DNA of 64,000 nucleotides from Bacteroidota bacterium (GTDB taxonomy: Bacteria; Bacteroidota; Ignavibacteria; UBA10030; SZUA-254), in assembly GCA_020056225.1 (NCBI GenBank), contig JAGVIE010000017.1, positions 251 to 64,250 on the forward strand. The letters run 5' to 3'. The notes under the pieces are model-generated. The model was not told the DNA's origin. It did no database searches and worked only from the letters and a program-made list of their open reading frames with translations. Below, one piece after another: positions 30,833-41,212 of this stretch (its first letter is position 1; each line of letters begins with the position of its first letter). The position numbers and the translations under genes are program-made.

Positions 30833-31675
30833 TTATCCTTTTACACTTCCCAAAGTCAATCCGGAAACTAACCACTTACTTAATATAATAAACAATGCAA
30901 CGACTGGGATCATAACAATAAGCGATGCCGCACCATATAAGCCCCATTCTGTGGACATGTTCGCTTCGAACGACTTCAAACCAAGCGGTAACGTCCATAA
31001 CTGAGTATCCTGTAATATTTGAGCCGCAACGATATACTCCGACCACGCAGTCATAAAAGAAAATAATCCGGTAATAACAAGCGCCGGTGATGCCAACGGT
31101 AATATCACTTTGTAAAATGCCTGGAACTGATTGCATCCATCGATTCGTGCGGCTTCCTCTAAACTGATCGGAATTGTGTCGTAATATCCTTTCATCGTCC
31201 AGATGCAAAACGGTAATGCAGTCGCTGAGTAAGTTATGATAATTCCTAAATATGAATTTATCAGTCCGAGATATATCAACATAAGATAAAGCGGCAATAA
31301 TAACATGGTTGCCGGGAACATTTGAGTAACAAGCAAGCCAAGCAACCCGACTTTCTTCCCGATGAAATTGAAACGCGAAAATGCGTAGCCGGACATAGCC
31401 GCAAGCGCGACACCTGTCAGTGTAACTGTTAATGAGATAAGCGCACTGTTCCGTACCCAAAGTAAGAATGGTTGATCTGTGAATAATGATACATAAGATT
31501 TCAACGTTGCATTTTGTGGAATTATTTCAAGCGATGTCGATAGCAGTTTGTCTGATGGTCGAAGTGAGATTGTGACAACTTGAAGTACGGGATAAATTGC
31601 TATCAATGTAAAGATCACCAACACTAAGTGAGTTAGAATCCGAAGAATTATTTTTTTATTTTTTGAGGATGTCAT
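30833..31675 (-). CDS. malG: Maltose/maltodextrin ABC transporter permease
   Basis: AGYAFSRF.F-like motif, QMFP, KGYYDTIP.SLEEAARIDG EAA loop, GLTLGSVKG end. Confidence 0.9.
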   Translation of the reverse strand: MTSSKNKKIILRILTHLVLVIFTLIAIYPVLQVVTISLRPSDKLLSTSLEIIPQNATLKSYVSLFTDQPFLLWVRNSALISLTVTLTGVALAAMSGYAFSRFNFIGKKVGLLGLLVTQMFPATMLLLPLYLMLIYLGLINSYLGIIITYSATALPFCIWTMKGYYDTIPISLEEAARIDGCNQFQAFYKVILPLASPALVITGLFSFMTAWSEYIVAAQILQDTQLWTLPLGLKSFEANMSTEWGLYGAASLIVMIPVVALFIILSKWLVSGLTLGSVKG

Positions 31676-31753
31676 TTGTAAATTGTCATTAGTTATTTGT
31701 CATTTGTTCCTTGTTTTACCCTATGCTCATATCCCATATCTCAAATCGTATAT
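31669..31753. repeat. Two abutting degenerate heptamer arrays (TTGTCAT-like x7, CTCATAT-like x5)
   Basis: ATGTCAT TTGTAAA TTGTCAT TAGTTAT TTGTCAT TTGTTCC TTGTTTT / CCCTATG CTCATAT CCCATAT CTCAAAT CGTATAT. Confidence 0.65.
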
Positions 31754-31754
31754 T

Positions 31755-32648
31755 TCAATACGCCGCCTCAGTTGCTTTTGTTTTTTTCATGAACGACAAA
31801 CTGAATATTAAAAGAATAACGAAAATAACAATTGATAACGCCGCCGCATATCCGTAGCGATACAAGTTAAAAGCCGCTTTATAAACGAATGAAACAAGTA
31901 TATGCGTGTTATCCGATGGCTCGCCGCCGTTGCTCACCAACCATACGATGTTCAGACTGTTGAATGTCCAAACAATTCCGAGAGTAATCGCTGGTATCAT
32001 TACCGGTTTGATAAGTGGAAAAGTGATGTTCTTAAGTTTATGATACCATGAAGCTCCATCGATATCTGCCGCTTCGTATAATTCGTGAGGAATACTCTGT
32101 AGCGCTCCCAATGCAACCACCATCATAAACGGAAAGCCAAGCCAGATATTGGTGAGGATGCAAGCGAGAAACGCTTCAGTAGGATTCTTTAGCCATTCAA
32201 CTGCAGGAAGATGGAGATATTTTGTTAGAACAATATTTATTGAACCATACTCATAATTAAACATGCCGCGCCAGGTTAGCGCAACTATGTATTGCGGAAT
32301 TGCCCATGGAAGTATAAGAAGTGTTCGGTATATTCCTTTGCCTTTTATTTTTTGATTCAAAAGAAGCGCAAGAATAACCCCGAGAACGACATGGAAGAAT
32401 ACGTTTACAAACGTCCAGATGATTGTCTTGAGAAAGATAACGTAAAAATTCGGTTCAGTCGGTTCAGTGAAAACCTTTACATATTGGACAGGACCAACCA
32501 TCTGCCAATCTTGAATATGGCGGAGGTTCATGTTCGAGAATGAAATCACCACATTATATATAAAAGGATAAAACACAACTCCAATGAGCACGAGAAAAGC
32601 CGGCGCAACGAATGTGAAGATGAAGATATTTTTATAAAAGCGATTCAT
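31755..32648 (-). CDS. malF: Maltose/maltodextrin ABC transporter permease
   Basis: YRTLLILPWAIP, NIWLGFPFMM, LQSIP..LYEAADIDGA, YGYAAA. Confidence 0.9.
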   Translation of the reverse strand: MNRFYKNIFIFTFVAPAFLVLIGVVFYPFIYNVVISFSNMNLRHIQDWQMVGPVQYVKVFTEPTEPNFYVIFLKTIIWTFVNVFFHVVLGVILALLLNQKIKGKGIYRTLLILPWAIPQYIVALTWRGMFNYEYGSINIVLTKYLHLPAVEWLKNPTEAFLACILTNIWLGFPFMMVVALGALQSIPHELYEAADIDGASWYHKLKNITFPLIKPVMIPAITLGIVWTFNSLNIVWLVSNGGEPSDNTHILVSFVYKAAFNLYRYGYAAALSIVIFVILLIFSLSFMKKTKATEAAY

Positions 32649-32746
32649 TATTCATGTTTCAAGATTCAAGTGTCAGGTTCACTATTCACTATGAACGAAT
32701 TATGGTGATAATTCATTATTTTAATTTTGCTTTTTTCATTTTGCAT
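32643..32746. repeat. Degenerate heptamer arrays (ATTCAAG-like and TTTGCAT-like)
   Basis: ATTCATT ATTCATG TTTCAAG ATTCAAG ... ATTCACT; TTTTAAT TTTGCTT TTTTCAT TTTGCAT. Confidence 0.55.
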
Positions 32747-32750
32747 TGTC

Positions 32751-34004
32751 TCACTCATTCATCTCTGCAATTTTTCTGAGAGCTAAGCTTTGCATATTTT
32801 TCGCCGCTTGCTCAGGAGTTTTAACTCCACCTAAAACAGCCTGATAGCTGGGACGCATCGCATCCCAGATTGCACGTAATTCCGGTACAACAGGCATGGG
32901 TCTGCCGCGATCGATCTGGATTTGTGAATTCTTCAGTATCTCATCATTCTTAATAAACGGATCGTCGTACAGCGCTCTCCATGTAGGCATAGTATTTAAT
33001 TGTTTAGCCGTTTCGAGTTGATTCTCGGGGGCAAGCAGATATCTTAAAACGTCAACAACAATCTTTTCTTTTTCTTTGGAAACGTTCACGTTTATTGAAT
33101 ATCCTTTCGGAGAAACCATTGGCGCGCACCACAAACCTGTCTTCACAATCTTTGGTAACGGGGCGATCCCGATATCTATACCCGCCTTCTTATAACCTGC
33201 CCAAGACCAGTCACCGTTGATTATCATTGCCGCTTTTCCATCCTTAAACAACGCATCTGCAATGTTATAATCGGCCTCCCTCGGAATTATCTTGTAGATA
33301 TCGCGCAACTCTTTAATGAAATTCAAGCCATCGACAACACCGCGATTATCAAGTGTTGGCTTTCCATCATCATCCATAACCCAACCTCCGAAGCCTGTCA
33401 TGAACGGAATAAAGAAAAACGGCTCTGTGTAATTCCAAACCAACCCGTATTGTTCGAACCTTCCATCACCGTTTGAATAGACAGTTAAGCGTTTACCGAT
33501 TTCTATTAACTCAATATCGGTCTCCGGTGCTTTCTGCAATAGATTTTTATTAAAGACAAGCGTAAGATGATTTCCTAGCTTATCTGCAATCTGATACAAA
33601 TGTCCTTTGTACCAGGTTACGCCCTTAGGATTAAACGAATCTATCCACGCTTCGCTGAAGATATTTTCCATCGGTTTAATGATATTCATTACCTGAAACG
33701 GACCAATTTGATCCGAAGGACCATAAACCAAATCCGGTCCCTGCCCTGCAATTGCCGCAATGATAAAACCTGAACGCAGTTCCTCTGTTTCCTTATAGAT
33801 AGCTTCGAGATGGATTCCAGGGTGAAGTTCCATGTACTTCTTCATCTGACCTTCGAGTATAACCCGCTCATCAACTCGCATCTGATGCCATATGACTATG
33901 CGATTTAGATCAATCCTCCTTGAACAAGAAAGAAATAGGACAAGAGAAAGTAATATTATACTTGATAGATGGATGATCGATAATAGATGACGGATGATTT
34001 TCAT
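32751..34004 (-). CDS. malE: Maltose/maltodextrin-binding lipoprotein of ABC transporter
   Basis: Lipobox FLSC; GQGPDL, LF..GKAAMIING.W, PMP..PE...IW. Confidence 0.88.
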   Translation of the reverse strand: MKIIRHLLSIIHLSSIILLSLVLFLSCSRRIDLNRIVIWHQMRVDERVILEGQMKKYMELHPGIHLEAIYKETEELRSGFIIAAIAGQGPDLVYGPSDQIGPFQVMNIIKPMENIFSEAWIDSFNPKGVTWYKGHLYQIADKLGNHLTLVFNKNLLQKAPETDIELIEIGKRLTVYSNGDGRFEQYGLVWNYTEPFFFIPFMTGFGGWVMDDDGKPTLDNRGVVDGLNFIKELRDIYKIIPREADYNIADALFKDGKAAMIINGDWSWAGYKKAGIDIGIAPLPKIVKTGLWCAPMVSPKGYSINVNVSKEKEKIVVDVLRYLLAPENQLETAKQLNTMPTWRALYDDPFIKNDEILKNSQIQIDRGRPMPVVPELRAIWDAMRPSYQAVLGGVKTPEQAAKNMQSLALRKIAEMNE

Positions 34005-34091
34005 TTTAAAATTATCATTGCATAATCATTACTTAAGCTTCCATCCAAGTACAATCTGAACCGGAAGTAGGAAATCTCTATGAACTGTTCT

Positions 34092-37000
34092 CTACCTAAT
34101 AAGTATCATCTTGTGTACAGTTGAAAATCTTTCAGTAGTCATACGGTAAAAATAGATTCCACTTGCGACATTACCTGCATTCCAAATGAAATCGTATGAA
34201 CCGGCGGGCTTCTCGCCATTTACTACAGTTTCTACCTCACGACCAAGAAGATCGTAAATAGTGATCTTAACAACTGATTTCGTTGGAATGGAATAGCTGA
34301 TTCTCGTTGTCGGATTAAACGGATTAGGATAATTTTGTAATAGCGCAAACTCCTTCGGAATCTCAATATCCTGAAGCACATCCAATATCGGGTTATCTAT
34401 TACAACCGTATCGCGCGTTAATGAAACCGTATAAAGAGCAGTTCCATATGCTGGCAGTGTAACTGATACTGAATTGAACGTGGATCCTAATATTTGCTCA
34501 GATGTATTTGTATAGAGATTGTTGAGATAGTAATTTGCAGCCGGTTGTATTCCGTCGGAGAATTTCAATCCGTAGTTTATGGTTAAATCGAGTGATGCGG
34601 ATTGTTCATTACCCGAAAAATTCACAACTGTCAAACCGTTTTGATCACTGTAGGGCCTCGAGAATGCATATACAATATTGTTGCTCGATGTAATCCTGAT
34701 GAAATCAGTCGTGTCGGATGAGTTAACTTGAAAATCATGATTTGTATCGCGTTTATGTTGTGTGAATGCCGGAAATTGTCCGCGAATATTTGCCAACTTT
34801 TGGTAATGCGGAATCAAAAGGTTTTTACCCTGAAAATCCCAGTTGATAACGCTGCGGTTTCTGGCGATTTTATCACCCGCAATACCGTATCCCCAACCGA
34901 CTTCCTGACCGTTCCATAACATTGGAAATCCCGGTGCCGTGAATATCACGCTTGCCATCGGCATTGTTTTCTTAAATGCAGTTGCGGGATTGTTGTCGTA
35001 GTATGATGTTGCATAAGGATCATTATAAAATATCCGATCTTCATCCTGTGTTTCCATAAAGCGCATGTAGAGAGAATTCACACCCGGATAGAACCCTACG
35101 TTATCGATCTCGGCATGCAAGTTTGTTATTGCTGTTGAACTAAAACCGAAATTAACAATACTATTTCTGTACAATTTGAAATCATAAGATGCATCGACCC
35201 CGCCGCGAACATCTATGTTTGAATAATCGGCATATATTGTTTCTGTGCCCGATCCTGTTCCGTCATCTTCAGCCAGCAAAAGGATATCCGGTTTTATATG
35301 TTTGAGCGCCTGCCTGACCGGTTGTCCCATATATCTTTCTCCGTACCGTCTATGAGGTCCCCAATAAACATCAAAGCGGTATCCGTCGACGTCGAATTCT
35401 TTAATCCAGTATTTATATACGTTGATCATTTCCGTTCGAAAATCGATATCCAGCCAGTTGAGGTTCAGTAACTGATCCCACCCATCATAATACCAGAAAT
35501 TGTCTGCGTCATACGATGTACCGAGACCGTTTGTATTATGGGGAATATCCTGATGCTGGTACCAATTCCAGTAGAATGAATTGGTTTTGAAAGTATGCGC
35601 ATCAGCCGACCACGGATGAAATCTACTCGAATGGTTGGGCGTGATGTCGAGTATTACTTTGATTCCTTTTATATGTGCCTGAGAAATAAAATTTTTCATA
35701 TCCTGATTAGTGCCGTACTCAGGAGCAACATTATAAAAATCCGTAATATTATATCCCGGTCCGATGCCGTTATCTATAGGGTAAGCGTTTTTCATTACGG
35801 GCATTAACCATATAACATTGAATCCAAGATCTTTTATATACTGAAGTTTTTGCCCGGCGGCGCTAATAGTCCCGGAAGCCGTAAAAGCTTTTGGAAAGAG
35901 AAAATAGATGCGCGCTTTCTGTGCCCAGGATGGATTGCTTGCAATAGTTGGAATTATCAAACTTCCATTATTGATTGTGAAGTAATTTCGTGTAGTATCT
36001 TTATTTCCATTCACATCGGTAACTATGAGTCGGAAATAATACTCACCGTTTGCCGTGGGGCGCGCCGCGTTAATTGTTTTCGATGAGGAGCCGTTAACCC
36101 CCGAAATAACTTGAGGATTTGTAGAATCAGCGGACCAGCTATATACCAATGAAGTTGTTTGACCTGCGTCCGGATCGGAGCTTTGGCTTGCATCTATAAT
36201 AACAATGCCCCCCGGTATTGAAAATGAGATAACTGCATTCGGTGAATGATTAACTTTTCGGTACATGACAATCGGAGAGGATATTTTTGAAATCCCCGAC
36301 GATTCTGCAACCGCAACAAATGAATTTGCACCTTCTATAAGTGGTGCATCATATGCGAATGCTTTATTTGAAACTGAAACGGTAAACGTATCGGTGGTAT
36401 TCCGAATAATTCTTGTTGAACTAACCGTACTATCCCCTACTACTCCATTAAGTGTCCACGAACTCTTCAATGTCGTATACGGAAATTGATTTAATAATTG
36501 GACAAAACCTCCGCGTGTGGTAAAATTCACTGTATCGGCATTCGCACCTGCTGTCAAGATCACTATGTGGTTACCGTTTAACAATGGTAACGATGGCGTA
36601 AATGTAAATTGATTCGTGATGAAATTATAATAATTCCCGATTTCAGAATAATCAATCCCATCTATCTGTAATCGTAATGTCGATGTATCAAGTACGGTTC
36701 CCGCTTTTGGAAATAGGTACGAAGAAATAGTCGGGAATGATGTATAAACGATAGGATCACGCTGATTAGGTAAAAGATGATAGATAGTCGGATCTTTTAC
36801 ATAAAGTATAGAGTTTTGAAACGCATCGGAATTGACGTGATGATTCAAAGGATCATTGGGCCACGAACTAACCCCAGCATAATAAAATTTATATAGATGA
36901 GTACCAACAGCAATACGCGCGTTTCTGGTCCAAAGATCACCGCTAACTTTGGTCATGGGCCAAATCGAATTATTCCATCCGTTGAAGGTCCCTGCGACAT

Positions 37001-37109
37001 AAGGCGTTGCGGTACCGCTATAATTATACCTGAAAACGACATCGACGCTATCGGCAGCCAGTGAAACAGTGATCGAGAAAATAAAGACTAAAAATAATTT
37101 TAGTTTCAT
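34092..37109 (-). CDS. T9SS-secreted GH13 alpha-amylase-family enzyme with N-terminal CBM48-like, Ig and PKD-like domains
   Basis: VAGTFNGWN...YKF...DPLN; LGFNVIWLMP; DITPNH; DGYRFD; AE; ETQD; CTD QNYPNPFNP...KMILIR. Confidence 0.88.
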   Translation of the reverse strand: MKLKLFLVFIFSITVSLAADSVDVVFRYNYSGTATPYVAGTFNGWNNSIWPMTKVSGDLWTRNARIAVGTHLYKFYYAGVSSWPNDPLNHHVNSDAFQNSILYVKDPTIYHLLPNQRDPIVYTSFPTISSYLFPKAGTVLDTSTLRLQIDGIDYSEIGNYYNFITNQFTFTPSLPLLNGNHIVILTAGANADTVNFTTRGGFVQLLNQFPYTTLKSSWTLNGVVGDSTVSSTRIIRNTTDTFTVSVSNKAFAYDAPLIEGANSFVAVAESSGISKISSPIVMYRKVNHSPNAVISFSIPGGIVIIDASQSSDPDAGQTTSLVYSWSADSTNPQVISGVNGSSSKTINAARPTANGEYYFRLIVTDVNGNKDTTRNYFTINNGSLIIPTIASNPSWAQKARIYFLFPKAFTASGTISAAGQKLQYIKDLGFNVIWLMPVMKNAYPIDNGIGPGYNITDFYNVAPEYGTNQDMKNFISQAHIKGIKVILDITPNHSSRFHPWSADAHTFKTNSFYWNWYQHQDIPHNTNGLGTSYDADNFWYYDGWDQLLNLNWLDIDFRTEMINVYKYWIKEFDVDGYRFDVYWGPHRRYGERYMGQPVRQALKHIKPDILLLAEDDGTGSGTETIYADYSNIDVRGGVDASYDFKLYRNSIVNFGFSSTAITNLHAEIDNVGFYPGVNSLYMRFMETQDEDRIFYNDPYATSYYDNNPATAFKKTMPMASVIFTAPGFPMLWNGQEVGWGYGIAGDKIARNRSVINWDFQGKNLLIPHYQKLANIRGQFPAFTQHKRDTNHDFQVNSSDTTDFIRITSSNNIVYAFSRPYSDQNGLTVVNFSGNEQSASLDLTINYGLKFSDGIQPAANYYLNNLYTNTSEQILGSTFNSVSVTLPAYGTALYTVSLTRDTVVIDNPILDVLQDIEIPKEFALLQNYPNPFNPTTRISYSIPTKSVVKITIYDLLGREVETVVNGEKPAGSYDFIWNAGNVASGIYFYRMTTERFSTVHKMILIR

Positions 37110-38582
37110 CTATTTACTTTCGTTTGAAATTAGAATAATACCTGACCGAGCAGATATCGTTAGCTGTTTATTTTCATCAAGTTCAGTGGTAATTCTAGTA
37201 TTGTTCAAAATATCAAACCAATTTCGCTTGGAATCTAAGGTTTGCTGAATAGAAATATTTTGAGCAACATCATTCATATTCAATATAACAACAGCTTTTG
37301 AATTTTCATATTCACGTTCGAATCCGAACAATTTATTTCCGACATCTGCTATCAAGGATTTAACTGAGCCGCGCTTGAAAACCCTATAATCGTTTCTGAT
37401 CTTTACTAACTTACGCAGCCAGTTCTTAATATCAACATTCCATTTTGTTGAATCCCACACCATAGTTTTACGGCAATCAGGATCTTTTAATCCGGTCATC
37501 CCGATTTCATCGCCGTAATAAACCATTGGAGCGCCCGTAAATGTCATTTGCATCAACATTGCTAACTTCATTTTGTTTATGTCGTTATTACAGAGCGTTA
37601 AAAAGCGTTCAGTATCGTGACTACCGATCAGGTTTTGCAGTGCATCGGCTACTTCAGCAGGGTAATCATTACGGGTTGCCGCCAAAATAGAATCGAACTG
37701 AAAGGCATTTCTATTTTCAAGCGCAATAAATCCTACACAGGCGCCTCGGAATCTATAATTCATCACTGCATCGAATTGGTCTCCCTTGAGCCAAGCCGAC
37801 GCATCGTCCCATATCTCTCCTATAATCAAGGCATCAGGATTCTCTTGCTTGACTAATTTTCTCCACTGGATCCAGAAATCGTGCGACATCTCGTTCGGCA
37901 CGTCAAGCCGCCAGCCATCAAGCCCTAACTTCATCCAATGTCTGGTCGCATCAAAGAGGTATTTGCGTACCTCGGGATTATCTGCCATAAGTTTCGGTAA
38001 TTCGCCTATCCCCCACCATGCTTCATAATTCGGCTTCAAGGGTGGAAGGTTTACCGGAAAACTATGAACATCATACCAAGCCAAATATTTTGAATTATTT
38101 TCGTTCTTCACAATATCTTTAAATGCGAAAAATTCGGTACCAGTATGATTGAATACTGCGTCGATGACAATACGAATATTCCGCTTATGACATTCATCTA
38201 TAAGCTGTTTAAAAATATCGTCGTCACCGAAATGAGGATCAATCCTGAAGTAATCGATCGTGTGATATTTATGATTGGTGTTCGATTCGAAGATTGGGTT
38301 TAGATAAATGGCATTAAATCCCAAATCCTGAATATAATCGAGATGGTCGATAATTCCTTTCAGATCACCGCCAAAATAATTATTCCCTTTCGGTATACCA
38401 TCCCATTTTTCAGTAACCGTAGGATCGTTAGTTGAATCGCCATTGCAGAAACGCTCCGGGAAGATTTGGTAGTATATTGCATCTTTCGCCCATTCAGGAA
38501 CGAAATGCGTTTCCTTATTGATTTGTGAATAACAGAATTGTACCGTAAGAAACGTAATTAGCGAGAGTATATATTTCTTCAT
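37110..38582 (-). CDS. Signal-peptide-bearing GH13 neopullulanase/cyclomaltodextrinase-type enzyme (probably periplasmic)
   Basis: YQIFPERF.NGD, GGDLKG, NHKY, DAVFNH, DGWRLDVPNE, GEIW, GSHDTER, DPDCR; no CTD. Confidence 0.92.
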   Translation of the reverse strand: MKKYILSLITFLTVQFCYSQINKETHFVPEWAKDAIYYQIFPERFCNGDSTNDPTVTEKWDGIPKGNNYFGGDLKGIIDHLDYIQDLGFNAIYLNPIFESNTNHKYHTIDYFRIDPHFGDDDIFKQLIDECHKRNIRIVIDAVFNHTGTEFFAFKDIVKNENNSKYLAWYDVHSFPVNLPPLKPNYEAWWGIGELPKLMADNPEVRKYLFDATRHWMKLGLDGWRLDVPNEMSHDFWIQWRKLVKQENPDALIIGEIWDDASAWLKGDQFDAVMNYRFRGACVGFIALENRNAFQFDSILAATRNDYPAEVADALQNLIGSHDTERFLTLCNNDINKMKLAMLMQMTFTGAPMVYYGDEIGMTGLKDPDCRKTMVWDSTKWNVDIKNWLRKLVKIRNDYRVFKRGSVKSLIADVGNKLFGFEREYENSKAVVILNMNDVAQNISIQQTLDSKRNWFDILNNTRITTELDENKQLTISARSGIILISNESK

Positions 38583-38593
38583 ATATGGCTTTC

Positions 38594-38642
38594 AAAAAAA
38601 TAAAAAAGGCGCCGCCGTACGAACAGATGACGGCAAGCGCCT
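38594..38642 (-). terminator. Intrinsic terminator after CBM protein
   Basis: Minus strand AGGCGC..GCCGT-loop-ACGGC.GCGCCT followed by TTTTTATTTTTTT. Confidence 0.75.
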
Positions 38643-38659
38643 GTACCAATATTTAGGTG

Positions 38660-40153
38660 TTACTTAACGAACATCATCTTTTTCATGTCGACAAAATCAC
38701 CGGCGACTATCTTGTAGAAGTACATTCCGGTTGGTAATCTCGATGCATCAAAAGAAACAGTATACATTCCTGCATACTGAGTTTCATTGATCAGCGAGAC
38801 TATTTCCTGTCCGAGCATGTTGTATACCTTCAACGTCACGAACGATTCTTTCGGTATTCCGTATTCAATCAAAGTAGTTGGATTGAACGGATTGGGATAG
38901 TTCTGACGAAGTTGGTATGTAGTTGGTACCGGGGCTTTTTCTTTTACCCCGACCGGATCTTGCAAGGTCGATACGCGCATAACGCCAAATGTATCAACTG
39001 TTGTAGCCGATGACAAATACTTTGTCATTTGCAGTGTATGGTTATTTCCAAAGCCGGCTTCATTATCATTTCCGCCGCCGTTATTGATCGCATCACCCCA
39101 GTTGATGCAATATTTGTAAAGAACATTCAGCGGAGTATAAGCGGCGAACGTGATGATACTAGAGAATATCTTGTCGCCCGATGTTACATCACCATGCGTA
39201 GCATCGTCATAGAGTTGGATGACTCTCGTACTATCGGCATTGGGCCATCCTCCGTTGGGCCACTGCAACGGTAACGCACTTCCTGCGACATGAACGGTGT
39301 TGACGACAGGGAATGGACTTCCGCTTATGGCAGACTGAGCGCCATCGGTGTAAACCGTAAGCTTGATGTTGCATGGTTGATTGATAACGTTATCCAATGA
39401 TCCGTCGTTAAAGGAAGCGCTGAATGATGCGGCAAGATTTGTTATATCATCGGCAGTAAAAGTATAAATTCTGTTAGATACACTTTCCCAGTTATTCTCT
39501 TCGTACCAGAACTTGAATTCTATCTTCTCACCCAATCCGCGTCTGATTACAGTCGTACCTTCGTATACATCGGGATTTAGCGGATTCGATGTCAGTATTG
39601 TCGTCTTCGATGACCAGCCATTGAAATCTCCATTCACAGATACCGTGTCTGTCGATGGATCGAACCGTCCCGACAACCTTTCCAATTCCATGTTGCAAGA
39701 GAATGTTACATCAATATCATATTGCTGTACGAAAATGCTGTCGTTGTTGAACCAGGCGTAATATGAACTCAACCCTTCAGGCAGTACGTACTGTCGGTTC
39801 GATACACCTTCCCATGTCCCCGCTCCGCCATGCTTGAAGTTGTATTTGAATTCGATTGTTGAACCAACGGTGCCGGGTGTTAACGTAATGGTATATATCG
39901 AATCATTATTCGGATCAGTCATAATATCAGTCGGACCCCAACTATTGAATCCTCCGCTCACCATGAGTGTGTCTAACGATGGATCGAATAATCCCTTCTT
40001 AATCTGTACACCCATATTGCATTGGAATTCCACGGTAGCCATGGTATCTTGAGTAAGGCTTACCTGAAATAAGTCCCCAACCTGAACTACCGGACTCGCG
40101 TATCCGACAGTCACGAGAAGCAATATGAGGAAAAATGTGTATTGAAGTTTCAT
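38660..40153 (-). CDS. Non-catalytic T9SS protein with tandem CBM20/48-like starch-binding modules
   Basis: Two V.F.CNM...FDP..D...V.G.FN.W...IEFK...WE.VSNR repeats plus a third divergent module with LYDDATHGD; type-A CTD. Confidence 0.75.
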   Translation of the reverse strand: MKLQYTFFLILLLVTVGYASPVVQVGDLFQVSLTQDTMATVEFQCNMGVQIKKGLFDPSLDTLMVSGGFNSWGPTDIMTDPNNDSIYTITLTPGTVGSTIEFKYNFKHGGAGTWEGVSNRQYVLPEGLSSYYAWFNNDSIFVQQYDIDVTFSCNMELERLSGRFDPSTDTVSVNGDFNGWSSKTTILTSNPLNPDVYEGTTVIRRGLGEKIEFKFWYEENNWESVSNRIYTFTADDITNLAASFSASFNDGSLDNVINQPCNIKLTVYTDGAQSAISGSPFPVVNTVHVAGSALPLQWPNGGWPNADSTRVIQLYDDATHGDVTSGDKIFSSIITFAAYTPLNVLYKYCINWGDAINNGGGNDNEAGFGNNHTLQMTKYLSSATTVDTFGVMRVSTLQDPVGVKEKAPVPTTYQLRQNYPNPFNPTTLIEYGIPKESFVTLKVYNMLGQEIVSLINETQYAGMYTVSFDASRLPTGMYFYKIVAGDFVDMKKMMFVK

Positions 40154-40198
40154 AATATATCCCCTTAAATTATTTAATAACGGTTAATTAATTATTGA

Positions 40199-41200
40199 TT
40201 AAAATTTAACTCCTATACCAAAATGTTGCGTGTAACTTAAATTGCCAAATTCTTGATAGGCATAGTCGAGACTTGTGGAAATACCGTGCGATACTTCATA
40301 CTTCAAACCGAATCCGAGGCATAATCCTTCTTCGGAATTATCAGTGAACGCCGATTTATATCCTGCTCGCAAGAACAGATTTTCATTAAATGAATATTCG
40401 CCTCCTACATTAAGGGCTTCTGAATTATCGTTCGGGTGTATCGCATCGATCCCCAATGTAATTCTATGGCGGTCAGTAATTGAAATATCTTTTGCGAGAC
40501 CTACTCTGAATAATAACGGCAAGGGGTAAGAATCGGTTTTCAATTTGGCAAGAATCTGGTTATTATTCCCGTGAATATCCGTATTGACGTCATATAGAAC
40601 ATAAAGGTCTTTGCCATCGAGCTGCATATCGGTACCGAAGTTCGATATTGTGGCTCCTATGCGCAAACCATAGAAATCTGAAATAAACAACGTTCCGATA
40701 TCAACCGCAAATGCGTCTGCGGTTGTATGCCATATTCTTTGATTTATATATTTCACACTCATACCAAGTGAAAAACGGTCAGTAAGATTATACGAATAAG
40801 TTAGGGCAAGTGCAATATCTTTTGCTGTGAAATATTCCCCTGTTCCGTCTTGTTCTTCAAGGGTTGTTACTTCCATTTCACCATAATCGAGGTAAGTAAC
40901 GCTGAGTCCCGCGGCGCCGTATGAACCGAGATTAATGATTGCGCCAGCCCAGTTTAATGTGATATCGGCAAACCAGCTTGTATGCGCAAAAGAAACACCG
41001 TTCGATTCTAGTCTTGAGGCGCCTGCAGGGTTCCAATACAACGCACTGACATCGTTCGCAGTTGAAATAAACGCTCCACCCATTGAAACCGCTTTTGGTC
41101 CTAGACCGATATTTAGAAAAGGCGCGGCAGTAGAGCCTACTTTGGTCTGACTGTATAATGTTGAAAAAGAAAGTATGAACAATATTATAAATTTCTTCAT
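40199..41200 (-). CDS. PorV/PorQ-family outer-membrane beta-barrel (copy 2)
   Basis: FLNIGLGPKAVSMGGAF...NDVSALYWNPAG; terminal F. Confidence 0.88.
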   Translation of the reverse strand: MKKFIILFILSFSTLYSQTKVGSTAAPFLNIGLGPKAVSMGGAFISTANDVSALYWNPAGASRLESNGVSFAHTSWFADITLNWAGAIINLGSYGAAGLSVTYLDYGEMEVTTLEEQDGTGEYFTAKDIALALTYSYNLTDRFSLGMSVKYINQRIWHTTADAFAVDIGTLFISDFYGLRIGATISNFGTDMQLDGKDLYVLYDVNTDIHGNNNQILAKLKTDSYPLPLLFRVGLAKDISITDRHRITLGIDAIHPNDNSEALNVGGEYSFNENLFLRAGYKSAFTDNSEEGLCLGFGLKYEVSHGISTSLDYAYQEFGNLSYTQHFGIGVKF

Positions 41201-41212
41201 AATTAACTTTGC

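Noticed and set aside
30828..30875. Longer start for the maltosyltransferase-like GH13
   Set aside because: Overlaps the malG 3' end; ATG 30827 has an AAGGA ribosome-binding site.
30876..31460. 194-aa alternative-frame ORF inside malG
   Set aside because: Fully nested in a conserved permease, with Cys/Arg-rich non-protein-like composition. The other short nested ORFs in the track were rejected for the same reasons.
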